Assembly (NCBI GenBank): GCA_031257175.1
Contig: JAIRPE010000086.1
Location: forward strand, 1 to 56,354
Direction: 5' to 3'
DNA: 56,354 nucleotides
Origin: Eubacteriales Family XIII. Incertae Sedis bacterium
Lineage (GTDB): Bacteria > Bacillota > Clostridia > Peptostreptococcales > Anaerovoracaceae
Part shown: positions 18,227-26,128 of the stretch, one piece after another
Layout: the number at the start of each line of letters is the position of its first letter
Position numbering within the stretch: position 1 is the first letter of the stretch
Translations under genes and position numbers: made by a program
Notes under the pieces: generated by a model
What the model was told of the DNA's origin: nothing
The model's database searches: none
What the model saw: the letters and a program-made list of their open reading frames with translations, nothing else

Positions 18227-19393
18227 TCAATACACGGGCAGGCTGTCGTCAACATCCCTTGCCCAGGCGTTCACCCCGTCCAGCAGGTTGTACAGCTTCC
18301 CCTTGTAGCCAACCTCCCGCAACGCCCTGATGGCGAACACGCTCCTCTGCCCTATCTTGCACAGGAAAACCGCCGCCTGGGCAGGGTCGAACTCGTCAAC
18401 GCGCCGCGCCATCTGCCCGAGCGGGATGGGCTTCGCGCCTGGGAACGGCGCCAGCGCCCTCTCGTGCGGCTCTCTTATGTCGATAATCTGGATCGGCTCC
18501 CCGCTGTCGATCCTTTCCTTCAATTCCAGAGCCGTAAGGGTTTCCACAGGCTCCTCGCCATGCTCCGCCTTAAGGCCGCAGAATTGCTCGTAATCCACCA
18601 ATTCTTTTATAGAAGGCTTTTCCCCGCAAATGGGGCAGCCAGGGTCTTTCTCCAGCTTCAATTCCCTGAATTTCGCCCTCCATGCGTCGAAGAGCAAGAG
18701 CCTGCCGGCCAACCCTCCCTCGGCGCCCACGATGAGCTTTATCACCTCGCTGGCCTGCAACGTGCCGACCACGCCCGGCAACACGCCCATGACCCCGCCT
18801 TCGGCGCAGGACGGCACCAGGCCCGGCGGCGGCGGGGACGGGTAGAGGCATCTGTAGCAAGGCCCGACCCCTGGATGGAACACCGTCGCCTGGCCCTCGA
18901 ACTGGAATATCGAACCGTACACGTTGGGTTTTCCCAGCAGAACGCAGGCGTCGTTCACCAGATAGCGGGTCTGGTAATTGTCCGTGCCGTCCGCCACCAC
19001 GTCATAATCTTTTATGATGTCCAGGGCGTTCTTGGAGGTGAGCCTGACGTTGTGGGTTTTGACTTCCACGCCGGGGTTCAGCGCCAGTATGCTGTCCCTG
19101 GCTGACGCCACCTTGGGCCTGTCGATATCATCCACGCTATGTATGATTTGCCGCTGCAGGTTCGATTGTTCCACGAAGTCGAAGTCCACGATCCCCAGCG
19201 TCCCCACCCCTGCGGCGGCCAGATACAAGGCCAGCGGCGCGCCGAGGCCGCCCGTGCCCACTATGAGGACTTTCGCCGCCCGAAGCCGCTTCTGCCCCTT
19301 CAGCCCTATCTCAGGCAACAATATGTGGCGGCTGTAGCGGTTTATCTCCTCCTTGCCCAATTCCCTCAGCCTGTCGTCGCCGATCACGCTCAT
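18227..19393 (-). CDS. moeB: ThiF/MoeB-family adenylyltransferase fused to a C-terminal rhodanese domain (MoeZ-like sulfur-carrier E1)
   Basis: Start at MSVIGDD (ATG 19393; GGAGGG RBS; ATGA overlap with the carrier stop). RYSRHILLPEIG, IVGTGGLGAPLALYLAAAGVG (nucleotide loop), two CxxC pairs (CYRC, CPIC), rhodanese active-site loop FLCKIGQRS. Confidence 0.88.
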   Translation of the reverse strand: MSVIGDDRLRELGKEEINRYSRHILLPEIGLKGQKRLRAAKVLIVGTGGLGAPLALYLAAAGVGTLGIVDFDFVEQSNLQRQIIHSVDDIDRPKVASARDSILALNPGVEVKTHNVRLTSKNALDIIKDYDVVADGTDNYQTRYLVNDACVLLGKPNVYGSIFQFEGQATVFHPGVGPCYRCLYPSPPPPGLVPSCAEGGVMGVLPGVVGTLQASEVIKLIVGAEGGLAGRLLLFDAWRAKFRELKLEKDPGCPICGEKPSIKELVDYEQFCGLKAEHGEEPVETLTALELKERIDSGEPIQIIDIREPHERALAPFPGAKPIPLGQMARRVDEFDPAQAAVFLCKIGQRSVFAIRALREVGYKGKLYNLLDGVNAWARDVDDSLPVY

Positions 19394-19686
19394 TTCGCCC
19401 TCCATCGCGTGGAGCCCCCGGCTATGGCGGGCACCAGCGTCAGTGTGTCCCCGTCATTGACCGCGGTTCCCAAACCGTCTAGATTCTTGATGTTGCTCTC
19501 GCCGAGGTACAGGTTCACGTAGGAGCGCAGGCTCCCGTCGTCCTCGAAGAGATGCCTCTTCACGTCAGGATACGTCTCCGCCAGCGCCGCCAGGACGCCG
19601 CCGGCCGTGCCGCCCTCCAGGCTCAACTCGGACTTCCCGTCCGTATAGCCCCTGAGCGCCGTGGGCATCAGCAATGTCACCGCCAT
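19390..19686 (-). CDS. ThiS/MoaD/CysO-family sulfur carrier protein with a 7-residue extension after the Gly-Gly
   Basis: 98-aa beta-grasp protein resembling M. tuberculosis CysO (PTALRGYTDG...VNLYLGE...DGDTLTLVPAIAGG). The sequence continues STRWRAK after the GG. Confidence 0.85.
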   Translation of the reverse strand: MAVTLLMPTALRGYTDGKSELSLEGGTAGGVLAALAETYPDVKRHLFEDDGSLRSYVNLYLGESNIKNLDGLGTAVNDGDTLTLVPAIAGGSTRWRAK

Positions 19687-20099
19687 GTTATTCCCTCCTC
19701 AATAAATTCGCTTCGGTCGTCCGCCAGCCCCCAGGCCGTAAGCTCGCCCGGCTCGCCTTCTGCGACCGCCAATATCAGATACGCGTAACCGGGGAGCGCC
19801 TGCCTCAGGTCGAACTCCGACGGCCTCGCGGGGTGGTCGGGGTGGGAATGGTAAAAGCCCACCACCTCCAGCCCCAGCCTTCGGGCTTCCGCGTCCGCTC
19901 TGAGGTAATCCTCCGATGTAATGGCGAAACGGCGGCGGCGCCCGTCCTCGGGATGGCTGTTCTCAATAGAGAACGCCACCTCGGCGGTTCTCCCCCCGCC
20001 TTCGAACCTCCCCAACGCCGCGCCGCAGCACTCATGGGGGTATTTCGCCCGTCCCTCCTGTTTTATGGCCCTGCCGGCCCCTTCGGCCAACGTGAGCAT
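19677..20099 (-). CDS. JAMM/MPN+ zinc metallopeptidase (Mec/CysO-hydrolase-like)
   Basis: Start at MLTLAEG (ATG 20099), 6 nt after GGAGGG. Upstream Glu in YPHECCG and the JAMM motif HSHPDHPARPSEFD. Confidence 0.85.
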   Translation of the reverse strand: MLTLAEGAGRAIKQEGRAKYPHECCGAALGRFEGGGRTAEVAFSIENSHPEDGRRRRFAITSEDYLRADAEARRLGLEVVGFYHSHPDHPARPSEFDLRQALPGYAYLILAVAEGEPGELTAWGLADDRSEFIEEGITWR

Positions 20100-20170
20100 G
20101 ACTTCCCTCCTTCCCCGCCGCCCGCCGCGCCTACGACGGATCAAGCGATACGGCGGCTCCCGCGCCGCGC

Positions 20171-21070
20171 CTACGCCTCCCAGAAATCGTCCGTCAGGTA
20201 TCTGGAGCCGCCGTCGCACAGCACCGTCGCCACCAGTGCGCCTTCGGGCAACGTTTTGGCCAGCTTAAGCGCGGCGGCCACGTTCCCCCCCGACGATATG
20301 CCCACGAAGAGGCCCTCCGCCGCGGCGAGGCGCCTGGCCATGGCATAGGCTTCCTCCGTGCTGACCGTGACTATGCCGTCAATCAGGCTTTCGTCCAGAT
20401 TCCCCGGCTTTATGGTGGAACCCATGTGCTTCGTCCCCTCTATCCCATGGAAAGGGGAGTCGGGCTGGACGGCGTAGGCCCTCACGGAGCCGTTCTCGCG
20501 CTTCAGCCTGCGCGACACGCCCGTGAATGTCCCCGAAGTCCCCATCCCCGTTATGAAATGGGTGACGCCGCCCTCGGTCTGCTCCCATATCTCAGCCCCC
20601 GTCGTCTCGTAGTGCGCCGTCGGGTTGGCCGGGTTGTTGTACTGGTCAGGATAGAAAAAACGCCCCGGCTCCGCCGCCACCGCCGCCCGAACCGCCAGAT
20701 AAGCCCCGTCGGAGCCTTCCAGAGGGTCGGTCTCCACTATCTCCGCGCCGTAGCTCCTGATAATGCGCTTGCGCTCGGGGCTGGTGTTGGCGGGCATATA
20801 GAGCCTCACGCGGAATCCCAGGCTGGCGCCGAACATGGCGTAGGCAATGCCCGTGTTGCCGCTGGTGGCGTCCGCGAGCGCGCCGCCCCCGACCAGGGCG
20901 CCGCTTCTCATGCCGTCCAAAATCATGGCCTTGGCGGCCCTGTCCTTCACCGAGCCGCTGGGGTTGAAAAACTCCGCCTTGGCGAAAACCCGCGCGGCAA
21001 CCCCGGCTTCCCTGCTTATCCGCGCCAATTCCAGCAACGGAGTGCCTCCGACGGCGCCAAGCAAATCCAT
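20171..21070 (-). CDS. PLP-dependent cysteine synthase family protein (CysM/CysK-like)
   Basis: Start at MDLLGAVGGTPL (ATG 21070), 5 nt after GGAGG. PLP-lysine motif NPSGSVKDRAA, TSGNTG loop, GMGTSGTFTG phosphate-binding loop. Confidence 0.88.
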   Translation of the reverse strand: MDLLGAVGGTPLLELARISREAGVAARVFAKAEFFNPSGSVKDRAAKAMILDGMRSGALVGGGALADATSGNTGIAYAMFGASLGFRVRLYMPANTSPERKRIIRSYGAEIVETDPLEGSDGAYLAVRAAVAAEPGRFFYPDQYNNPANPTAHYETTGAEIWEQTEGGVTHFITGMGTSGTFTGVSRRLKRENGSVRAYAVQPDSPFHGIEGTKHMGSTIKPGNLDESLIDGIVTVSTEEAYAMARRLAAAEGLFVGISSGGNVAAALKLAKTLPEGALVATVLCDGGSRYLTDDFWEA

Positions 21071-21167
21071 AAAACCTCCTTCGCGGCCCCCTGCGCCCAC
21101 CCAGGCCAAAGACGCCGCCATATTTCTTGTATTTCATATATACATAGTCAACATATATGTTATACAT

Positions 21168-21196
21168 ATTATATCCCCGCGCGATGGCCTTGTCAA
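21168..21196 (-). promoter_or_regulatory. consensus sigma-A promoter of the cysteine synthase-encapsulin operon
   Basis: Minus strand: TTGACA (21196-21191), exactly 17 nt, TATAAT (21173-21168). Followed immediately by the AT-rich palindrome ACATATATGT (21151-21160) and TATACAT direct repeats. Confidence 0.65.
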
Positions 21197-21334
21197 TAGG
21201 GAAAGGGCGCGGGGGAGAAAAAATTCGCCAAGCTTTATACTTATCCTTTTTTAAATTCCGCCTAAAATTGTTAGATAGTATCAACTAACCCGCTTAAGTG
21301 TAATATTTTAAATGCGGATTCGTATTGGCAGGCA

Positions 21335-21384
21335 GAAGCAAGTCGCCTCCGCATCCCTTAAAGGACGCGGAGGCGACCTGCTTC
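21335..21384 (-). terminator. 22-bp stem-loop downstream of the flagellar PilZ gene (terminator or RNA-stabilising hairpin, no U-tract)
   Basis: Arms at 21335-21356 and 21363-21384. The two mismatches on the plus strand (A.C) become G.U pairs in the minus-strand RNA, so the helix is uninterrupted only in the sense of the upstream operon. Confidence 0.5.
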
Positions 21385-21568
21385 TTGTCTCAGTTTAGCG
21401 GACTCACAACACTGCCGTATTTTAAATACAGCCCTCTGAGGCACGACATGACCACAGACGATCATGCTTCAGATGGCTGTCAAAAGACTCGCTTATTCAT
21501 TCCGCGCTCGTTTCGAAGTACAAAATGACACTGGATTTTCAATGGCTTTACGGTCAAAAGCGTTTCCC

Positions 21569-22225
21569 CTACCCCAGCCTGTTCTTCCTGCGATGATGCT
21601 CGGTCAGCTGCACCTTGAACACATACTCGCACACCGTGCGCTCCTCCTCGCCCGTCAGCTTCAGCACGCGCCCGCCGTACCTGAAACGGAAGCCCCGTGC
21701 GCCGCTCTCGGGATGCTCCTGCGTCCGCTCCCTGCGCAGCACCTGGAAAACCGTGACAAAACCAGGCTTCAAATAACTCAGGTCCAAGACGATCTTCTGG
21801 TTCCTGAAAAACACGTGGTTAGAAAAAAAACCCGCGCCGCCCAGGCTCAGGTCCCTGAGCCTTATGCCCTCGTCAACCCGCATTCGGCGCCGCTTCTTCC
21901 CCAGCGACTCTACCGACAGCACCTTGGCGTCAAAAGAAGTCCTCACCTTGAGGTTGCGCCTGCGCTCCTGCCTCTTCCCGGGGTCGGACATAATATCCAC
22001 GTTCACTTGCTCGGGCAGGGAAAGGCTTATCTCCCCCCACATAAACCGCAGGCCGTCCTCAAAATACGTCACCACGTCAACCCTCGTCTTGTGGGCGGTC
22101 ACCGGGAAGTCCTTGCCCCGCAGCGACAGCTTGCTCCCTACCAAAGACGCGTTCTCCGAGGAAATGTTTATCCCTGCCTCCTCATTAACTATCAGCGCTT
22201 TCATCAACGCCCTGTCTAACGTCAT
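21569..22225 (-). CDS. PilZ-domain c-di-GMP receptor (YcgR/MotI-like flagellar brake)
   Basis: 218 aa with the bipartite PilZ signature RQERRRNLKVR (RxxxR) and DLSLGGAGF (D/NxSxxG). Last gene of a flagellar operon. Confidence 0.8.
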   Translation of the reverse strand: MTLDRALMKALIVNEEAGINISSENASLVGSKLSLRGKDFPVTAHKTRVDVVTYFEDGLRFMWGEISLSLPEQVNVDIMSDPGKRQERRRNLKVRTSFDAKVLSVESLGKKRRRMRVDEGIRLRDLSLGGAGFFSNHVFFRNQKIVLDLSYLKPGFVTVFQVLRRERTQEHPESGARGFRFRYGGRVLKLTGEEERTVCEYVFKVQLTEHHRRKNRLG

Positions 22226-22240
22226 ACCTTTACCTCTGCC

Positions 22241-23626
22241 TCATGCTAAGCCCTTGACCCAATTCCCGTTGTTCAGGTAAATCCTGCAATGCTCCAGGCT
22301 CGTGTGGTCTCTCGGCAGGGCCGATCCGCCCGCCAGCACTTCCGCCCCAGGGTACATAACCCGCCTGCACACGACGGAGCCGGGGTAATCCTCCCCCGCT
22401 TCCTTCAATGCCCTGACCCTGGCATCCAGTGACAAATACGCCTCGCTCATTTCAGGCAGCTGGCAGGTCAGCTGTTTCAGCAGGCGCTCCGCCTCGGGAT
22501 TGCTCGACGCCTCCGTCAGGCACCTCAGCTTCGATATGTTCTCCCGATGGCTTTTCAGGGCCGCCCTGGCCGCGTCCCTCTCCTTCAGCAACCGCGCCAG
22601 CATCTCCTTGTTCTCATGGTTTTCCATAAGCTCTATTCTAGTCCTTATCTCCCTTTCGTTGCCAATATAATTCGCCGACAGCTCGCCCATGACCGCTGTG
22701 CGCCCGCCCACCAGCAACGCGCGCTTGCCGCTCAACACGACGTTCCCGCCGCACTCCACGTCGCTGTCTATGATGTAATCCGTGAACACGCCCTCCTTCG
22801 CGCTGAGGGCGCTGCTCTCTATGTAACGGCATTTGACGAAGCCGCCGACGGTGACCCTGCTCCTTCTGGCGGCGCTCAGGCCCTCGCCCACTATGAGGTC
22901 TCCCTTCACGCGCACCTCGGCGTTGCCGATTTTCCCCTTGACCTTGAGCGTGCCGCCGCATTCCACCACGAAGCCCTCGTTGACGGAGCCTTGCACCATC
23001 ACGTCGCCGTCGAAGCGGATATTGCCGCTGGCCATGCTCACGTCCCCGGGCACGTTCAGCACGTCCTGAACGCTGACCACGCCGCCGCGGAAGCTGACGC
23101 TGCCCGCCTTCGCGGCCACCAGCGTCACGCCGTCCCCCGCCATCTCCGTGTTCTGCCCCATCGGCGACGGCGCCTCCGCGCCCGCCCGCGCGGGTATCTC
23201 CGCGCCCAGGATGTTGAATCCGGGCTTCCCTTGGGTCGGCGGCTTGATTTCGCACAGGGGCTGCCCCGCCTTGACCAGCTGGAACACGTCCACGTTCTTG
23301 TAGTCAACCAGCCCGTCGCCGTCGCCGCCGTAATCGGGCTTATACTCGTCCGAATTCTTCACGAAGAACTCCACGCTCCCGTTGGCGCCGTTTTCCGCGG
23401 GCGCGCCCGCGGCCACGGGGAACTCGCCGCCTTCCTCGGGGGGCGACCCGGCCAGGCTCGCCAGCGCCGCCTTGTCCACGCCCTGGCTCACCTTGGCCTG
23501 GGCGAGCATTTTTTCCAGCTCTTCCAGGCTCGGGGCCTCCGCGCCGCCTTCGTCGCCGCGTTCATATACAAGATACGCTTTCAGGTAATCGTCGCTAATC
23601 TTTAGCCACACCTTGAAGCCGGCCAT
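22241..23626 (-). CDS. FapA (flagellar assembly protein A, DUF342) family protein
   Basis: 461 aa with an N-terminal FapA_N-like region, a central beta-helix repeat (GNIRFDGDVMVQGSVNEGFVVECGGTLKVKGKIGNAEVRVKGDLIV) and a C-terminal coiled coil. Flagellar gene context. Confidence 0.8.
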   Translation of the reverse strand: MAGFKVWLKISDDYLKAYLVYERGDEGGAEAPSLEELEKMLAQAKVSQGVDKAALASLAGSPPEEGGEFPVAAGAPAENGANGSVEFFVKNSDEYKPDYGGDGDGLVDYKNVDVFQLVKAGQPLCEIKPPTQGKPGFNILGAEIPARAGAEAPSPMGQNTEMAGDGVTLVAAKAGSVSFRGGVVSVQDVLNVPGDVSMASGNIRFDGDVMVQGSVNEGFVVECGGTLKVKGKIGNAEVRVKGDLIVGEGLSAARRSRVTVGGFVKCRYIESSALSAKEGVFTDYIIDSDVECGGNVVLSGKRALLVGGRTAVMGELSANYIGNEREIRTRIELMENHENKEMLARLLKERDAARAALKSHRENISKLRCLTEASSNPEAERLLKQLTCQLPEMSEAYLSLDARVRALKEAGEDYPGSVVCRRVMYPGAEVLAGGSALPRDHTSLEHCRIYLNNGNWVKGLA

Positions 23627-23650
23627 GAAACCTCTCCTTTACGTTTTGTC

Positions 23651-24361
23651 TTATTGCCTCAACTGGTTGCCAACGCCCTCCATCTCGTCTATGGTCTGCA
23701 GCACCCTCGCGTTGAAGGCGAACGCCTTGGAGGCTTCTATCATCTTGACCATCTCGTAGCTGACCTCCGCGTTGGAGCGTTCCAGAAAGCCCGCCTTCAC
23801 CGTGGCCCCCTCCGCCGCCTCGGCCTCCCCTGAGACCTCCGTGGCCACCAGCCTGTTGTTGCCGACGAACTCCAGGCCGTGCCTGTTGGGGAATACGAAC
23901 ACGCCCACCTGCTCGGGCCTTATCTCCTCCTCCGCCGCCAGCTCTATGGGGCTGCCGCCCTCGTCCAGCACGTAGCCGCCCATGGCGTCGGTCAGGAACT
24001 TCGTGTCCCCGTCCACGGAATACTTGAAATCCCCTGCCCTGCTATAATAGACGTCGCCGTCCTCCCCCGCCGTCGCGGCGAAAAAACCCTCGCCTATTAT
24101 TGCCATGTCGGTGGGGACAGTGGTTTCGGCCAGCCCGCCCTGGGAGAAGTTTGTCGCGGTGTTCTGCACCTTGACCCCGTGCCCCGTGTCCACAGTTACC
24201 CCCGCGCCTCCCTGCACCTTCGCGTATATGAGCGAGGCGAAGGCCGCGTGCTGGGTCTTGAAGCCATTGGTGTTGATATTGGCGAAATTGTTCGCGATCA
24301 CGTTCATGCTGTCCTGCTGCCCCAACACCCCGGACCTGGACGCGTAAAAACCTCTAATCAT
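23651..24361 (-). CDS. flgG: flagellar basal-body rod protein (FlgG/FlgF family)
   Basis: Start at MIRGFYASRSG (ATG 24361). N-terminal NNFANINTNGFK rod motif and C-terminal GFLERSNAEVSYEMVKMIEASKAF motif. Confidence 0.85.
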   Translation of the reverse strand: MIRGFYASRSGVLGQQDSMNVIANNFANINTNGFKTQHAAFASLIYAKVQGGAGVTVDTGHGVKVQNTATNFSQGGLAETTVPTDMAIIGEGFFAATAGEDGDVYYSRAGDFKYSVDGDTKFLTDAMGGYVLDEGGSPIELAAEEEIRPEQVGVFVFPNRHGLEFVGNNRLVATEVSGEAEAAEGATVKAGFLERSNAEVSYEMVKMIEASKAFAFNARVLQTIDEMEGVGNQLRQ

Positions 24362-24484
24362 AAAAACCCCTTTCGTGCGCTTTATACTGTTCCCCCTCTG
24401 AAACGCGAACTGGCTTCGCGAGGATTTTTTTCGCCGGGCCGGGCGCAAAACGCGGGCGACCCGACGGGCCGACGAGGCTTCGCG

Positions 24485-25246
24485 CTAGCTCACGCGTCCC
24501 AGCTGCGTCACCAGCGCCTCGTTCAGCTGGTCGTACATCTTAACCACCTGCTGGCAGGCGTTGTACATGTTCTGCCCCGCCATCACCCTGCTCATCTCCA
24601 CCGCCATGCTCACGTTGGACTTCTCCAGCGTCCCCTGGACGGTCTGGAACGTGCCCGCGGCCGCAAGGTCAGGCTCCGCCTCGCTGGAATAAAAACCCCT
24701 GCCCGCGTTTTTCAGCGCTGACACGTCCTCCACGGCGAACACCCCCAGCCTGGCCACTTCCTCGTCCCCCACCATTATAGCCCCGTCCTGCCCCAACTCA
24801 AATGAAGAGCTTTCCAGCGTTATGGGCGACATGTTCTCATCCAGCACCTGCCCCACCCCCGGCAAGACCAGGTTCATCTCCGAATCCACGGCGAATTGGC
24901 CGTTGCGGGTCAGCACCTCCCCCAATGAGTCTGAGCTTATCATGAAAAAGCCCTCGCCGTTTATGGCCAAATCCAGCTCCCTTCCCGTGTTCTCCATGCT
25001 GCCCTGGCTGAAATCCGTGTACTCGCTGATATTGGTGGTGAAGAACGTGGCCTTGCCAATAGACCTGGTGGGGTGGATGTCGCCGCCCCCGATCCTCGCC
25101 ACCATGTGCTCGGCGAAGGATGAGCCCACCAGGCTTTCCGCCTTGTAGCCCGACGTGCCCGTGTTGGCCACGTTGCTCGCCATAACGTTGAAATTGCGCA
25201 ATTGCGCCAGCACGCCCGAAGCGGCCTCGTAAAATCCTCTGACCAT
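24485..25246 (-). CDS. flagellar basal-body rod protein (FlgF/FlgG family)
   Basis: MVRGFYEAASG...SNVANTGTSGYK N-terminal motif and C-terminal GTLEKSNVSMAVEMSRVMAGQ motif. Confidence 0.85.
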   Translation of the reverse strand: MVRGFYEAASGVLAQLRNFNVMASNVANTGTSGYKAESLVGSSFAEHMVARIGGGDIHPTRSIGKATFFTTNISEYTDFSQGSMENTGRELDLAINGEGFFMISSDSLGEVLTRNGQFAVDSEMNLVLPGVGQVLDENMSPITLESSSFELGQDGAIMVGDEEVARLGVFAVEDVSALKNAGRGFYSSEAEPDLAAAGTFQTVQGTLEKSNVSMAVEMSRVMAGQNMYNACQQVVKMYDQLNEALVTQLGRVS

Positions 25247-25266
25247 GGTAATCCTCCGTTAACCGT

Positions 25267-26043
25267 TCATCCCCCGTTGTTGTAGGCGTTCATTTTATGC
25301 CTGAGCTTTACCAACGCCGCCGAATGTATCTGTGACACGCGCGACTCCGTGATGGACATGATGGCCGCGATCTCCTTCAGCTTCATGTTCTCGTAATAGT
25401 ACAGCGAGACCACCGTCCTCTCCCTCTCGTTCAACTCGTCGATGGCCCCCATCAGCGTCTGCTTCATCTCCTCCTTTAGCAGCTCCGTCTCGGGCGCGTC
25501 CGTCTCCTTATGCTCGGTAAGGAGGGGCGAGGCGGTCATCATCTTCTCGTCTATGGCTTCCTCGTATGAGAGCAATATGGCGTTGTGCCTTTTCTGCATG
25601 ATGTTTTCAAGCTGCGCCGCGCTGACGCCCATCCTGGCCGCCAAGTCCTCCTTCGTCGGCTCCCTGCCAAGCTCCGCGTACAAAGCCTCGTAGGCCGCGT
25701 TAAGCTCCTTGACCAGGCTGCGCTGGTTCCTGGGTATCCAGTCCTGCTTGCGCATGAAATCGATGATGGCGCCTTTTATTTTCAGGGACGCGAAGGTCTC
25801 GAACTTGTACCCCATGTCAGGGTCGAACCTTTCCACCGCGTCTATCAGCGCTATCATGCCCTGGTTTATCATGTCGTCGAATTGGCTGTAGTTGTAATTG
25901 CCCCTTAGACGCATGACCAGCTTCTTGACCAGCCCCAAATACGACACGACGATGTCGTTCCTGGCCTCCACGCTGCCGGTGGCCTTGTAGTCCCTCCATT
26001 GCGCGCCGTAGCTGTCCTCTCGCAAAACTTCGGCTAATCCCAT
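25267..26043 (-). CDS. fliA: flagellar sigma factor FliA/SigD (sigma-28)
   Basis: Start at MGLAEVL (ATG 26043). Region 2 (QGMIALIDAVERFDPDMGYKFETFASLKIKGAIIDFMR), region 3, and the region 4 HTH (LKEIAAIMSITESRVSQIHSAALVKLR). Confidence 0.9.
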   Translation of the reverse strand: MGLAEVLREDSYGAQWRDYKATGSVEARNDIVVSYLGLVKKLVMRLRGNYNYSQFDDMINQGMIALIDAVERFDPDMGYKFETFASLKIKGAIIDFMRKQDWIPRNQRSLVKELNAAYEALYAELGREPTKEDLAARMGVSAAQLENIMQKRHNAILLSYEEAIDEKMMTASPLLTEHKETDAPETELLKEEMKQTLMGAIDELNERERTVVSLYYYENMKLKEIAAIMSITESRVSQIHSAALVKLRHKMNAYNNGG

Positions 26044-26128
26044 ATTCCCCCCATCGCGCCCGTAAGCGGCGGCGCGAGCCGTCAAAACCATCCGTCCTCC
26101 CCTCGGCCCCCTCCGACACGCAGGCGGG

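Noticed and set aside
21358-21465. 35-codon minus-strand ORF MIVCGHVVPQRAVFKIRQCCESAKLRQEAGRLRVL with tandem Cys codons, ending inside the 22-bp hairpin upstream of the cysteine operon (a leader-peptide attenuator idea)
   Set aside because: There is no Shine-Dalgarno sequence and the hairpin has no U-tract. The operon has its own consensus promoter downstream of the hairpin, so ribosome-mediated attenuation here would not control it. It remains checkable by ribosome profiling.
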